NCBI GenBank assembly: GCA_000708835.1
Contig: DF237166.1
Coordinates: 1 to 64,000, forward strand
DNA length: 64,000 nucleotides
Direction: 5' to 3'
Origin: Klebsormidium nitens
Lineage: Eukaryota; Plantae; Klebsormidiophyceae
Under the pieces are notes generated by a model. That model worked only from the letters and a program-made list of their open reading frames with translations, ran no database searches and had not been told where the DNA came from. Numbering within the stretch: position 1 is the first letter of the stretch; every line of letters begins with the position of its first letter. This document shows positions 48,001-60,200 of the stretch, piece by piece. The translations under genes were made by a program, and so were the position numbers.

Positions 48001-51000
48001 CTTGAGTTCCTTTTCGAAGCTGCCTAAGAAGGACAGTGAGTCGAAAGTTGTACTCCGCAATCGACCATCTGAAACTGAAATCTGTCCTCGTTGCTGTACG
48101 AAAAGAAGCATGTAGGATTGCCGGAGGCCGAACACTTGGCAATATCCATCTCAATCTGTTCCGCCGAGGACGGAGATATTTGCCAGCTTCCCGACGCTGC
48201 ACAAAACGATTGCAACTAAACCACGAACGAAAGATCCGGGTCATGGAGCTAGAGCAACGACCAGAAGCAACAGAAAGAAGGCGGCGACTCACGCTTGTCC
48301 TGCGGCATCTTGTTGGAAATTGCAAACTCGCCGTACAGCGGTGGACGCTCGTCTTCTTCATCATCAGCCCGCTGCCGCCGATTGCTCGTCCTCGATTCCC
48401 CGAGAGAGGGGCTAACGGAAGAACAGGCCAAGTGTGATTTAGGAGCCAGGTGTCGCTTTCTGGTCGATGCAGTGTCAATCTTTGTTCTTACAAGATCTGA
48501 CAAGAGTGCGCCTTTCAGGTCTTGCATGCTTCTTGCAAAAGAACCTGCGAAAAGTTTTGCAAATGCGTACCATGGGGGGTCTACAAATCGACCGGATCCC
48601 TAAATTCTTGCCAGCAAACTGCTAGGAATTGCTGAGAGTTCTCCGGATAAGAAACGGAACAAAGACCCAGGAAACCAGAAATTGCTCATTTCCCATGATC
48701 GAGGAAACCTGCCACCGTCTGTGAGTCGGCACAGAACAGATTGAGGTGCACGGTTGATAAGCACAAAGGTGTCTACTCCTAAACGCTGTCATATCCAGCT
48801 TCTCTCCTCTGATTCTAGTGTCTCCATTGACCATTTCCTGTGAGCTTGAAAAAGGTTTCAGAAGCAAACGCGTTGAAGCAATCTTACCGCTCGGCGCGCC
48901 GCTGCCCCCTCCTTTCCTCCGTCGGCTCAGAATCCTCGTCAGGCGGCAGACCCAGCACGCGTTGTTGGAATTCAGAACTGAAAGAGGGCAGTAACTACAG
49001 TGAGCGTGTAAAATCGAGAACTAATGCGACTGCACAGGCACGGCAAGAACAAATGTGTGATGAACGACACAAGAAAGCATGCACTGAGAAGCTGTGTTCA
49101 GGAGTGACACCTATTGACGTGCTTCGTAATCTGCGATTAAGTACCAAACATAAGGCAGTAGGCAGTAGGCAGACAACTGAGATTGCAAAGAAGGTACGAA
49201 GGGCCAGGAGAATCGGGTAGATGAGGAAACGGGACGCTCAGAACGAGACGTGACAGATTGAGTTGTGGTGGCACTTAAGCACAATCTCGCAAGGGTTATT
49301 GGTTAATGCCCTTTGATCAACGGGCATTTACTTTGTGAACGAAAAAGAACGGCAGAGGAAGTAACAAGAGGGGCAAAACGAGGACTTGGATTTGACAAGA
49401 TTGATCGGAAGATCAACTGTTCAGACCAGTTGGACACTATTTCTACCTATGTCAGGAGAAACGGTCATCTTCTAGTTTCTGTGGATGGAACTGGACTCGG
49501 TCAAAGCTTCAAAATCGCTCGAAGGAGACATAGACATTGCTCGAGAAAAATGAAAATGGCGCTCAGCACATATGCACGTTCCGAAGTAAGAGCCTATGAC
49601 GCAGCAATCCCGATTGACGCCAACACATCAATTGCCTCAAGTACTTCCCCTGGAAAGCGAAAGTTTGAAGCTTAACAGGACTTTCGCTCGATGGAATCGA
49701 TTAAACGGCTCAAAGAACCGGCGCAACTCCAAATTCAAAAGGCAGGGGCAAAAGTTGAACGCAAGCGATTATACTTTGAGCTCAGCATTATTCGCCTCAC
49801 CTCGCGGCCGACCTGCCCCTCCCCTGCGAAACATTCCTCTTGTACTGCACCTTCACGCTTGGCTCCGCTTTTTCCTCCCCCTCCGTCTTACTCCTCGAAA
49901 AGATCTCGCTCAGCGTCAGGGGCCGCCGTCGGTTGTCCCCGCCCCTCGCGCCCCCCCTCCCAGCCCCAGCCGGAGTACCCCCCCGGTAGATCACACGGTC
50001 CTCCTTCTGCATCGCCGCACGCTCACCGTACCCTATCGTGATGACCTCCCTTTGTGCGGGAGGAATGCTGTCAATCTCGTCTCGAAGCATTGGGGGACCG
50101 GACGAGGAACTAGAGGTGGGGGGCTCTGGGGAACGACGGGGGCGGAAGAGGCGGCCATCCGGGTCTGGGGTGTCACTAGAGAAGGGGCCGTTCTTGGGCT
50201 GAAACATGCGCATCAGGTCTTGCATGTTGTTATTGGGCGGGCGAGGGCCGAGCCGGGCTGCAAGGACAGAGCAAGAATCAAGTTCAAAAAGGAGTGATAG
50301 TAATCAATTTTACAACCTTGATGTTTTGTAAGAGCTTCCTCGAGTCACAGAATGTCTTTCAAAATGAATCCCTCGAAGCGCAATAAGAGACATTCACCCG
50401 CTGACAATTGTCTGATATGTAGACTCCCCCAGAATTGCGATCGACATTCTGATTTCTGACGCTGTCAGCGTTTTTTGGATCATGTCCACAATGTCTAGAC
50501 GCCCCAACTTTGGAAGAGCTTTTCCAAATTCTTGATTCATCTTTTTAGCAGATTGCAGCATTGCGCGCCCACTCTTGTCAGGCTTTCTTCCTCTTATGGT
50601 GCAAGATTAAAAGGAAGTTCGGGGACTTGAGGAAATCCTTGCAATCGGTGATCAACCATGTTTCTAGATCTGGTTTACTAAGATATCGGCCGTCGTCAAC
50701 TTGACCATCAGCAGAAATGAGCTGCTGTTGGTAGTGCATGCTCAGAAAAGTTTGCTTGCTCATTGTGTTTTGATTGATTAGTGGTTGCCGACAAACCATA
50801 CTGGTTGCCGACAAACCATACCGGACCACCGTCGCTTAGGATTGTAAGAGACGGGATTGCAGTGGACTGTGTTATGCCCAGCACGCATCACCACCATTAC
50901 CAACACATTAATTCTAAACTCCACCTTCTCTACGCACCAGCTGCTTCATTCATTAACTGCTCTAAAGTTGCATCTGGCTCCCCCGTTGAATCCCACAACA

Positions 51001-51627
51001 CTTTCGGGGCTTGAAAACAGCGATGCACACGACTTCGCTCTGAGAACTAACGGCGTGACGTCAGACAAAGTTTCCACACCCACCTCCGGCGCCATTCCTG
51101 CCACTCGCTTCCGCACTCCCCTGCGCTCCGCTTCTGGCTTCGGCCCTCTTCGCAGCCTCCTCGTTCTCCTTGGCGCTGGCGGCCAGAATCTGCTGCAGAA
51201 TGCTGCTCCCCTCCATGGGCTTCCCCTTCCTCTCGCTCTCTGGATCCTCAAATTGCCCCTTGGCTGCCTGGCCTACGTCGACAGCTTCCCCACTTGCGCC
51301 TCTCCCAAGAGAACCCCCTCTCCTCTGAGGGAAACCGGGAGAGGGGTCGCGCCTCCGACCCCGGCCTGAACTGCCCGCTGCATCCGAAGTATACCACCTT
51401 CGCAGGCCCGAGCATCGATTGGCGGACGCAGCGGTGTGGTTGTGAGGAGAGTGATCAAGTTCATAGTCACTGCTGGAAGCCTTTCCACAATTTATGGGAC
51501 CAGAGTTGGGGCTTGGGAAAGACGGGTCGGTAATCTCATTGATGACACTATGAGAAAAACCGCTGCCAGCAGAGCGCCGCTGGCTGATCAGACGCAAGGT
51601 GCCGAGAGGCAAGGAGCTCCCCCTCAT
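45062..51627 (-). CDS. At1g53645-like mitochondrial protein (from memory, reported as a plant-specific mitoribosomal small-subunit protein)
   Basis: Presequence-like start MRGSSLPLGTLRLISQRRS. G/R-rich exons at ~51627-51078, ~50225-49852, ~48985-48887, ~48410-48297 and 47736-47512. Conserved C-terminus: LEPEYHMESFGVLPDLDDTPQSPLEDAL (~47077-46926), MLKRTLDRTSELEAVVKRY...RALQTLE (~46310-46113), and final exon 45181-45062 HNCRWPLDRKKAVM. This parallels the At1g53645 sequence as I recall it (CEPEYIMPDFGSNPDIDEKPPMSL...SNPGWGFDKKYQFM). Confidence 0.75.
47690..47900 (-). repeat. Duplicated acceptor/exon start in the At1g53645-like gene
   Basis: gcgcag|CTCGGAAAGAGAAGAAGCCGAACTGGTCTGCAGAG (start 47888) versus the real gcgcag|CCCGGAAAGAGAACAAGCCGAACCGGTCAGCAGAG (start 47736). 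Confidence 0.85.
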
Positions 51628-52479
51628 TTGAACCGCTGTAGGTGGCACAACTATTGGTGGGACGCCAATTGCATGATTTCTCTCCAGCCACCCTGCTGAT
51701 AATTTCTCTCTGAGTGGCCGCCTTGCGGAATGAGTGCTGCCAGGACACCACGCTATGCAAGCAGGTGCGCCCGACGGCCCTCTGCAGTTTGTCAGTCCTG
51801 CTTATCGCAATGGCGCAGATCATTGTATCCACCTAACTCTATTAACTAGAGCGAGGGAGAGGAGTTTTGAAGCTGGTATGTCGGATTTCGGGCCGGCCCT
51901 TCCCTCAGTCACGTGCAGTCAGTTCCAACGATATATGCACCATTTCATGGCCGCACCAGACGAGCAGGCGCGACCGAGCGTCAGTGTGCGAGTTGCTGCA
52001 TGTGAAATCAGCCTCCGGATTTATCCGGATCTCCGGACTCCCATCCATTGAGTCCATGGAGTTCACAACCGCCGAGATCAGAAGAACGAACTCTTTGAGC
52101 ATCTGAGCATGCCAACAGCATCACGACAGCATGAACAGTGCTCACACTTGCATACCATCGGCACGTTGATAGGACGTTGGTTACCTGGTATGAGGGTATG
52201 TATGTCATGAGAAGCAGAGAAGCGTTTGGGGAGCCGTGAACAGTGGCCCGGCCCAGATAGTAATGGGCGGCGCTACAAAGAGGGCCGCCCCCCTAAGGGC
52301 GTGTGGCCCGGGCCCTCTGATCTTAAGAAACTTAAAACGAAATCACTTGAGATGGTTAACTTTCGTTACCTGGACATCAGTGAGGTGGTCGAGGTGGACA
52401 CACATCAAACTTTGTTCTTTCTCACAACTGTTGGTTAAACCTACTGTAGTTTGAATTTACACACTCACTTACAGAATGA

Positions 52480-55400
52480 TTAGTAAAGTCTACCTTTGCA
52501 GATAGGCGGCTTGTTGCCGCAAAGGCAATCCAACACTTTTTCCTCGTTATCCACTCCTATCACTGTACCGACTTTGTAGTTGTAATCGTACGTTATCTCT
52601 CGACCAGGAGGGATGTTGTCGTACGCAAACAGGGCAATGTGGCTCAAGCTGGGGTTATGGTGATCAAACAGGACGGACTGTACAACCGCATTTGGTGTGC
52701 AACTGTGATTCACAAAGCGAGCCACATTCCCCGCGCGTAAAGCGTCGATGCTGTACTCCACCTGTGGAAGCTTCGAGATGCTTGCTTCGGCGCCAAACTC
52801 TTCTCCCACGAAGCCGTCGGTGGTGGGATCAATGTTGAACAAGTACGAGTCGTCGTCGCACTCGTGGGCTTGTGCGTCTGTCAGGATCTGGCCCGTATAC
52901 TCGCAGATGAAACTTCCGACTTGGATGAAGTCCCAGGAACGGACTCCAAACCCTCTGTTGCGAGTTTTGAAGACCTCGAGGCGATGAGACAAGCCCTTTT
53001 GAACGACCCGACTAGGGCAGTTATCTCCACAGCCGCAGCTTGGCCCGCACTCGTAAACCACCCCTTGCCCCGTTTGTTGTAGACGCCCCCCCTCGACGTA
53101 GGGAAAGCCGAAGTCGTTCCGCCGGGCGCAAGCGCACTTGTTTGGATCCGAGCAGTCTCCCGGGTTAGTGCACTTGCAGGCGGGGCCCTCTTCTTGCCGG
53201 TGATCCATCCGTGCGATGTACTCAAAAGCGGGGGCTCCAACTGCGTCCTCCTTGTCGAGGTCGTTAACCATACACACGGGTATGGTGTCTCTCCCTCCCG
53301 AGATGTCGGTTGAAATGAGTCCCGGCCGATCGGCAGCCTTCATTGTCTTCGGGAGTGAACCGCGTTGGCCAACGAAGTAGACTTGTTGCGAAGAAAGCGG
53401 GGGTTGACCTCCTTGCCGCTGCATCTCGAACTTCACCACGTCGAACCCTGAGATCCCCCTTTGTATCCAGTTATTCACGCACAGGTACAACCCGTCGTAG
53501 GTGAAGACTCTCACTTTCGTGTTGCCACTCGTTTCCTCAAAACCCCGGAAAACACGAACGGGTACACCAAGCCGCCCACTGTTTGCCAGAGCCTGGTTCA
53601 CGCCCTCCAATTTTTGATGATCACCTTGTCGACGATTGCCTTTAATGTTGTTGCCTGCACAAGCAAAGCACTTGTATATCAAAATTTCATAGTATATCAA
53701 AATTTCATGACAGAAGTTCGACAGGTGAAATATCACAAGACGTGTTCAGCACGCTAAGACAAGATTCTCGCAATTTGTAACAGGTGACTGGCAAGTTGTT
53801 CTCAAAATCAAGTCAAAATCCCTTTAAAGAGGGCGTCCTGTGTCCAAGCGCCTCGGCGACCATATGCCGCAGAACTGGGGCATAGTGGTCGCTCGGCCCA
53901 ATCTTCAAGATGCAATGTAGTCCGTCCAATGAGGATTTCCCTCAGGACTCGGATGCCACTAGTGCGCTTTGAAATCTGACGCCCTCTTTAAACCAAACCA
54001 ATAGCATCAACAAGGCCAACCTGCTTTTTTCAAATCTCGTTGACAGTCATCACATAGTGCACCATGAGGGATATCAACAATCAAGGCAGTATGGACAAAG
54101 GATACCACACCTTAGCCAAGCCACTCTCCAGTGCAATTGAAGGTGCCACAGTACCTCAAATGTCAATGATGCATCCTGAAGCCTTGGTGAGATTAAGATT
54201 CCCACGGCCTATACAACAACTTGCCAGTGCTAGCTCTAGCGGCCTTGCACCTTAAGGCTTTGAACAACAGAGACTAGTAGGCTCATGCCTTCTTACTCAC
54301 CTCCGGCGCCTGTGTAGGTAAAGGTTTCCCCCTTGTCCACGTCATCTTCATAGCCTCCTGCTAAAACAATGGACGTGGCAATGCTGGTTCCATAGGGACT
54401 CTTATCTGCTGCGAGGGTGTCAATGCCCGCCACTGGTGGGGTGTGAAGCCTGAGAGCTGAGAGTTGGGCCCGCTCGTAGAATGAATCTCCAACTTTGACC
54501 CTGCAGGCCATAGCAGAATCCAATTATTATCCAGTAAAAATGCCTATCGTGCTTATTAGTATCAAGACCTAATTTCAGCTCATTTTCAGCTCATTTTAAC
54601 TTCAGGGAGTGGCGCACAGGTGTGGTGTCTTTTCCAGCCACAATCAGATTGCCGATTGTGATACTCCTACACAGGCAACAAGGTCGACCCCCTTCCACAT
54701 GCTTCCACAGGTCAACACAGAGCATGTCAAAAACAACTTCTGGCGCGAAGAACCCAACAACCCAACCAGCAGACAATATTTCAGTGAACACAATGATGAA
54801 ACTTAAGGACTCTGGAGACACTAGAAGCCTGTAAAACATGAACCAGCCAAGCCTCCACAAGAGTGGCATACTCCTCCGGCAAATCTTCCAAGGCATGCAT
54901 TGCCAACTCACAAGGCTGAGACGATTCTTATATATCAGAACCATGAACCCTAAACCCTACAGCTGTACAACCCTCTGGTCCCAAATCAACAGAACTCATG
55001 AAGACCTGTGGCGATTGATGCCAGAACCCATCAATCGCCAGAATCCAGGCACTCAGCAGACTGAATCATGGAACGGAATATTACCAGCTAGTTTGAAGGA
55101 CTTCCAATTTTTAAGGAATTTAACGATAAGTGTCGGGAATGATGATTTACCCAGGGAAGTGCCCAATGACCTTCTTCCCATCATGTAGAATCTGCTTCCT
55201 CTTCCTCATAGCTTGCAGGGTTTTCAGATCTGGGCGCTTCGTGCCGCCGTCTGCTTTGACCCGTTCCTCTTCCTTGACTACTTGGTGCAGCCTCTCATGG
55301 TTGTATACTGCTAGAGCCTTCCGGACTCTGGCAGCAGCCTCTTGCTCCAGGTCAGGAGGGGCAGACCCAAGATTGGGCTCCGCCTCGGAGGGCTTGCCCC

Positions 55401-55812
55401 TGTCAGCTCCTTGGAGCGGGGCAGCGTTAGATGGTGCAGAGGGTTCCGAGCAGCTCTTTTTGACCCATCCGACTTGAGCCGAATCCGGAATGACAGGGGA
55501 TCTTTGCCTTCTTGTAATCCAGGTTCCGGACCCTCGCTCCGGAAGGGGCTCTTCGTCCTCGCCACCATTAGTTGGCTCCCCATCACTTGACAGAGACCCT
55601 GCTTGAGCACTGTCGTTGACTTCTAGCCTTGGTTTTTTGAAAATGGATTCCAATGGGGCTCCCGACCCGCTGGGGGAGACGTCTGCCGAAGGGCTATCGC
55701 AGTTCCCGTCCCTCTGGCTTGGACTTCGCCGCCTCCGTGTTGGCAACCCACTGAGCTCCTGGTGTAACCGCAGTGCTAGCTCCGCATCGCCTGCTTCCCC
55801 CGGCACAGCCAT
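52480..55812 (-). CDS. SUVH: SUVH-family histone H3K9 methyltransferase (SRA/YDG, pre-SET, SET, post-SET), SUVH4/KYP-like
   Basis: Exon 55812-~55151 (ends KRPDLK...IGHFPG). Exon ~54500-54299 (VKVGDSFYER...SIVLAGGYEDDVDKGETFTYTGAGG, SRA). Final exon ~53655-52480 with PVRVFRG, pre-SET Cys cluster, GFGVRS, FICEYTG, ARFVNHSCTPN, EITYDYNY and post-SET CLCG...CKGRLY. Confidence 0.95.
53823..53992. mobile_element. MITE-like insertion (170 bp) in a SUVH intron
   Basis: Perfect 15-bp inverted repeat TTTAAAGAGGGCGTC (53823-53837) / GACGCCCTCTTTAAA (53978-53992). The outer bases can be read as a TA, TTAA or TTTAAA target-site duplication. Confidence 0.55.
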
Positions 55813-57218
55813 TACAACCACTCTATGGATAGCATATACGATGCAGGGGCCTGCAATGATTCACCAAACAGAAAGATACACATGAGGATAGCGAGGGCTC
55901 TACAGCATGCAGTTCTAGCAGTTGGTTCCTTACAGTTGCCACTGAGAGTAGCGCCAGGTGATCAATTTATGGTTACCAGCAACGAGTGGAGGAGACGGAG
56001 GGTGTGCTTCCAAATTAGCCACTACTTACTATCAAAGTTTGCACATCTGGTTTCTACGTTGTTTAGATCTCAATGTTGCCGCCACTTCATCATTTTGCGG
56101 TTTGCCTCCTGACTTGTTGCCCGTCCGAAAGTTCAACTACTGCAAAAGGGAAAATGGATTCTTGGCCTCCCCATAGCTTACTCAACCTCAAGATGATTCA
56201 GATAACTAGAAGAAGGGCTTCAGAGCATCCAAGGCTCCAACATTCTAGAATGTGTGTCGTCTTTTGACTGCCATAGCTAGAGTAACTCCCTATTCACTCT
56301 ACCCCTCAACGACAGGTCTTTTTGAGAATACCGCATAGCCGACCCAGCTAGCGCAGTCATGCTGAGGGGCGTTTCATGTTGCTTCCTGAGAGCAAGAACT
56401 TGAGCGGCCATTTCTTTGAACATGCCAGATAGAGCTACTGTGCTGCTTTCGCTTCTCTAAACGAAAACTCAGGCAAGCGCACATTGCTGTACTCACCTCA
56501 ATGCAACTCCACCCCACGACGAGCTAAGAAGGCCTTGGCCGAATGATCCAGGATCATAATCAGAACCATACTGACCTTTGAGACCGAGTTCTGGCACTGG
56601 CAGATATTTGTAAGCTCACAGCCTGTCGCCTGGCCTCTCAACAGGCCCGAGACGCTTCCATTCCATCCAGCACAACTGACGTACCGTAACAGCCTCTCCA
56701 AGCGCCTCTTGAAGTTCTATAGAGAGCGTCTTCCTGGTCCTGTCCCTCTGCCAACTGGTCTTTGATTCTAAATGTCTGGCAGTGGTGCTGAATCCTGATC
56801 AGGACTTCGCTACCTTCCAAGTTCCATGCATGGCATTCGAGGGAATTCATATTCAGGGCAATGCTCGAAATTCGGTCTGCTTTAGGGGACGGCTTATGAG
56901 CCAGGTTACTTTTCGTGTTTCGCGGACTGGTGTGGCCGGATTGGTGCGGGACTTTGCCTTCAGAAAGAGGGTTAGTAGATACGTAATGATCTGTGCAAAC
57001 CCTGATATTCAAATCCCTGATACCACTCATACGAGTCGACTTGCCCGCTGCATATTGGAATCGGAGGCTGGTCACTTCTCTTTCCAGAACCTTCTTCAAG
57101 GCAAGCTCAGAGCACCATGTCACCTGTGGGCCGCTGTTTGCATGTGCGAGGTGTGGTGGGAGGGACGATTGCTGAAATTTGTTGGGGCTGATCGCCCTGG
57201 ACGTGAGGGAGCAACACA

Positions 57219-60200
57219 ATGCTGGCCGCCGGCCGCCACCGAGCGGGGCCCTTGCAGGCACTGGTCGCTTCGCTGGAAAGTACCGTGAATCATCTTCATG
57301 GCTCCTCTGTGAGGGAGGCGACTCCTAAGTTTCCCCAGCCCTTACTTTACCAAGCTCCAAGCTCCACCACCCAGCCATCAATCAGTTTACGTTGGGACTT
57401 TGAGGGGGTTGCAACTCTTGATTCACCCTTGAAACGGGTTGCTGGTCAGCGGGGTTTCTGGGGTCGTGCCCTGCCTTCTTTTTCTGAGCAGAAGCCTTTG
57501 GGGGATCTTGGTCCGTATCCCCCTATTGAATTCACCACAAATGACAAAGCAACGAGCTCTGGATCACTGGGTGGATCAGATCGCAGCCGCATACATGCTG
57601 ACATCAGCGGCCAGCTGCCTTATGCTGAGGCGCTGTGGGAGCACATCAGCGGCTTGGGGAAAGTGCCGGAGCCGATTGCCGCCAGGGGGAACGTTGCAGT
57701 TGGTAATGGTGCCCCCCAGAGCAGCAGCTTTGCGCAGGAGCTGTGGCGCCACATCGCTGGCCTTGGGAGAGAAACGCCCCCCCCTCCGGTGGAAGTCAGC
57801 GTGGACGACCTCTTGAAACCCCTGCACCGAAAGGCGCGGGGGGCGGCGGGGTTGTCTCGGAAGCAGCGCGGGTACCCCAAGAGAATGACCCCGACTCTAC
57901 AGATCTTTCTGCAAGACGGGACGAACATTTTCGATGGGACGGGGGGGTCCGGCGGGGGCACGTTTCACTACTCGGGCGATGGGGGGGGTGACATGGGGAG
58001 TTCGGGGGCGTTGGTGGTCACGCAACCGAGGCCGGAGAGCGTGAAGAAAGTGCTAGTGGTTCCGATGCCACGGAAGCCGCTGATGCCAGGGCAAATGATG
58101 CCGGTCCACATACAGGTGCGTTTTGAAAGTCAAGACACGGGATTTGCTATCCCTTTCCCAATCAAATTATCTGGGGGGAATTACTTCTTCAAATATTGGT
58201 GGTGTCAGGCCCAACGATGCTGGTCCGTAGAAAAATCCATGTTTGATCGCGTGTTCCATCGCCGAATTCGCGTCCAGAAAAGTCGGCACAACACTGCTGT
58301 TGTAGAGTCAACCTCCGTTACAAGTCAACCTTATCGCATCTATAATAGTGATACGGTGACCGCCGCAGTGCCAAGATCTTTCCAGTTGAAGATTCCTGTT
58401 GCCTCCGCGGAAACATACTTACATACTGAGTGCCAAACCTGCATCTGCACTGGGTACAATGAACCTAAAGGAGAGGGAGATGATGTTCTCTGATTTCTCT
58501 TCTCCCTTGGAACTTCCTCCCTCTGAATTATTCCGAACACTTTCTTACTTTTCAAATCAAGGCGAGTTTCAAAGTCGAAGAAAAGCTCTGCCAAGGTGCC
58601 ACGACACTAACACTAGTTTTGCTGTTGCCCAGAACCCAAAGCTCATGCAGCTAATCCAGAAGCAGCGGGAGCAAGGCATTCTGTACGTTGGCGCCTTTTT
58701 GAGGCGCGACGCTTTAAATTCGCAAGCAGACCCGAACCGGTGGAAGGACGTCGACAAGCTCCCGGAGGTGTTCGACCATGGGACGCTGGCGCAGATCCAC
58801 TGGGCGTTGCCTACCCAGGAGAACTCGATCATGTTACTGTTTGGACACAGGTACGAAAATCTGTTGACCTTGTTTAGCTCTGTGATCTTGTTTGAAATGA
58901 GATTGTCGAGGCAAGTGTGAGCGTCCACTGTGTGTTTCTCCAAGTCGTAAACAGGAATACCGAAGGTACAAGTAAGATCAATTGTCGATTTGTTTATTGC
59001 GAACCTGGCCTCGTATCCTCACTGCTAAAGCTCGCTTCTTTTGTCGATTCCATTGAAGACGAATGTCATTCATCGTTCTGAGTCCGTCTTAAAATTTGTT
59101 TTCTTTGATCTTCGACTGGTATCCCATACAGTAGCTTAGGCTGCCGTGCTCTGCTCTGTGCCAAATCAAGCCGGACGGAGGTATGCTTTCCCTTTTCCCA
59201 AACAAGACGTCGTTTCCGAATAAGGTTTCCTTTCGAATTGTCGCCACGTTGCATGTAGTTCGGAGCCACCTTTATGCCACGTGTCACCTGCCGTGAACTT
59301 GAGGTCGCCGTTTGAATGCTCTCTGGCTCTCACGCTTAACACTCGATCCACATAATCTCTTTAGCGGCTTCGCCTGAATGGCCTCCCCGGAACGGAACTA
59401 AGCACCATTGAAGTTCCTTCCGCCCTCAGTAACCCTACGCCACGTGCCACACTGCAGGCGGCTCCGAATGACGGGCCCAGTGGAGGGTGAGCGCTTCAGC
59501 GCGTACGTGGAGCACGTGCAGGACCAGCCGTACGAGAAGACCGACGTCGTCAAGGCGACGCAGCATGAGGTCATGCAGACGGTGAAAGATCTGATGGCGC
59601 TCAACCCGCTGTACCGAGAGGCTGCCAGCATCCTCTACAACCAGGTGAGCCATCGCCGGAATCGTGGCAGAACGGGTGGAATGGTAACGAGGATTTCGGG
59701 CCGCTTTTGGAAGGAACTCTTTCTGCTGTATGGAAGCAATTGGATCAACGGTTTAAAAAAGCGGTCTTCCGGTCAGCTTCGACCGTCGATCCCCTGTGGT
59801 CACAGCCAAGGGGGTTCGGAATGGTTGGGCCGGGTTTACGTTCTCCTGCCACATGTTTTGGTGGATTCTTTTCCTTTTCTGGGTCGACGATATTGCCGTT
59901 CGATTTTAGCACTGTCTCTGCACTATTTTTGTCGCTTAGCTCGTTCGCACCCTCCCGCTATAGTATTGTGCACCGTCCGACCCGCTCTCTCGTGTTGTGG
60001 TCCTCCTTCCTCTTGCTCGAACCCATCTTAGCGCCGCGTTCCGTCTCCCGTTTCTGCCAGCAACCCCCGCAGACCCCTCCCAGCAAGGTCGGCAAGATGG
60101 TATCTGTGCTGGGCACTCTGCTCGAGCGCAAGGCTCGGCGACGGAAGGAGTCGGCCGGTGCCCCCCGAGGTCGCCGCCGCGGAGCCGGCGAGGAGCGCCC

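Noticed and set aside
56300-57218. ORFs of 168-207 aa between SUVH and Lon
   Set aside because: No recognisable domain; the region is the divergent promoter/5' UTR interval.
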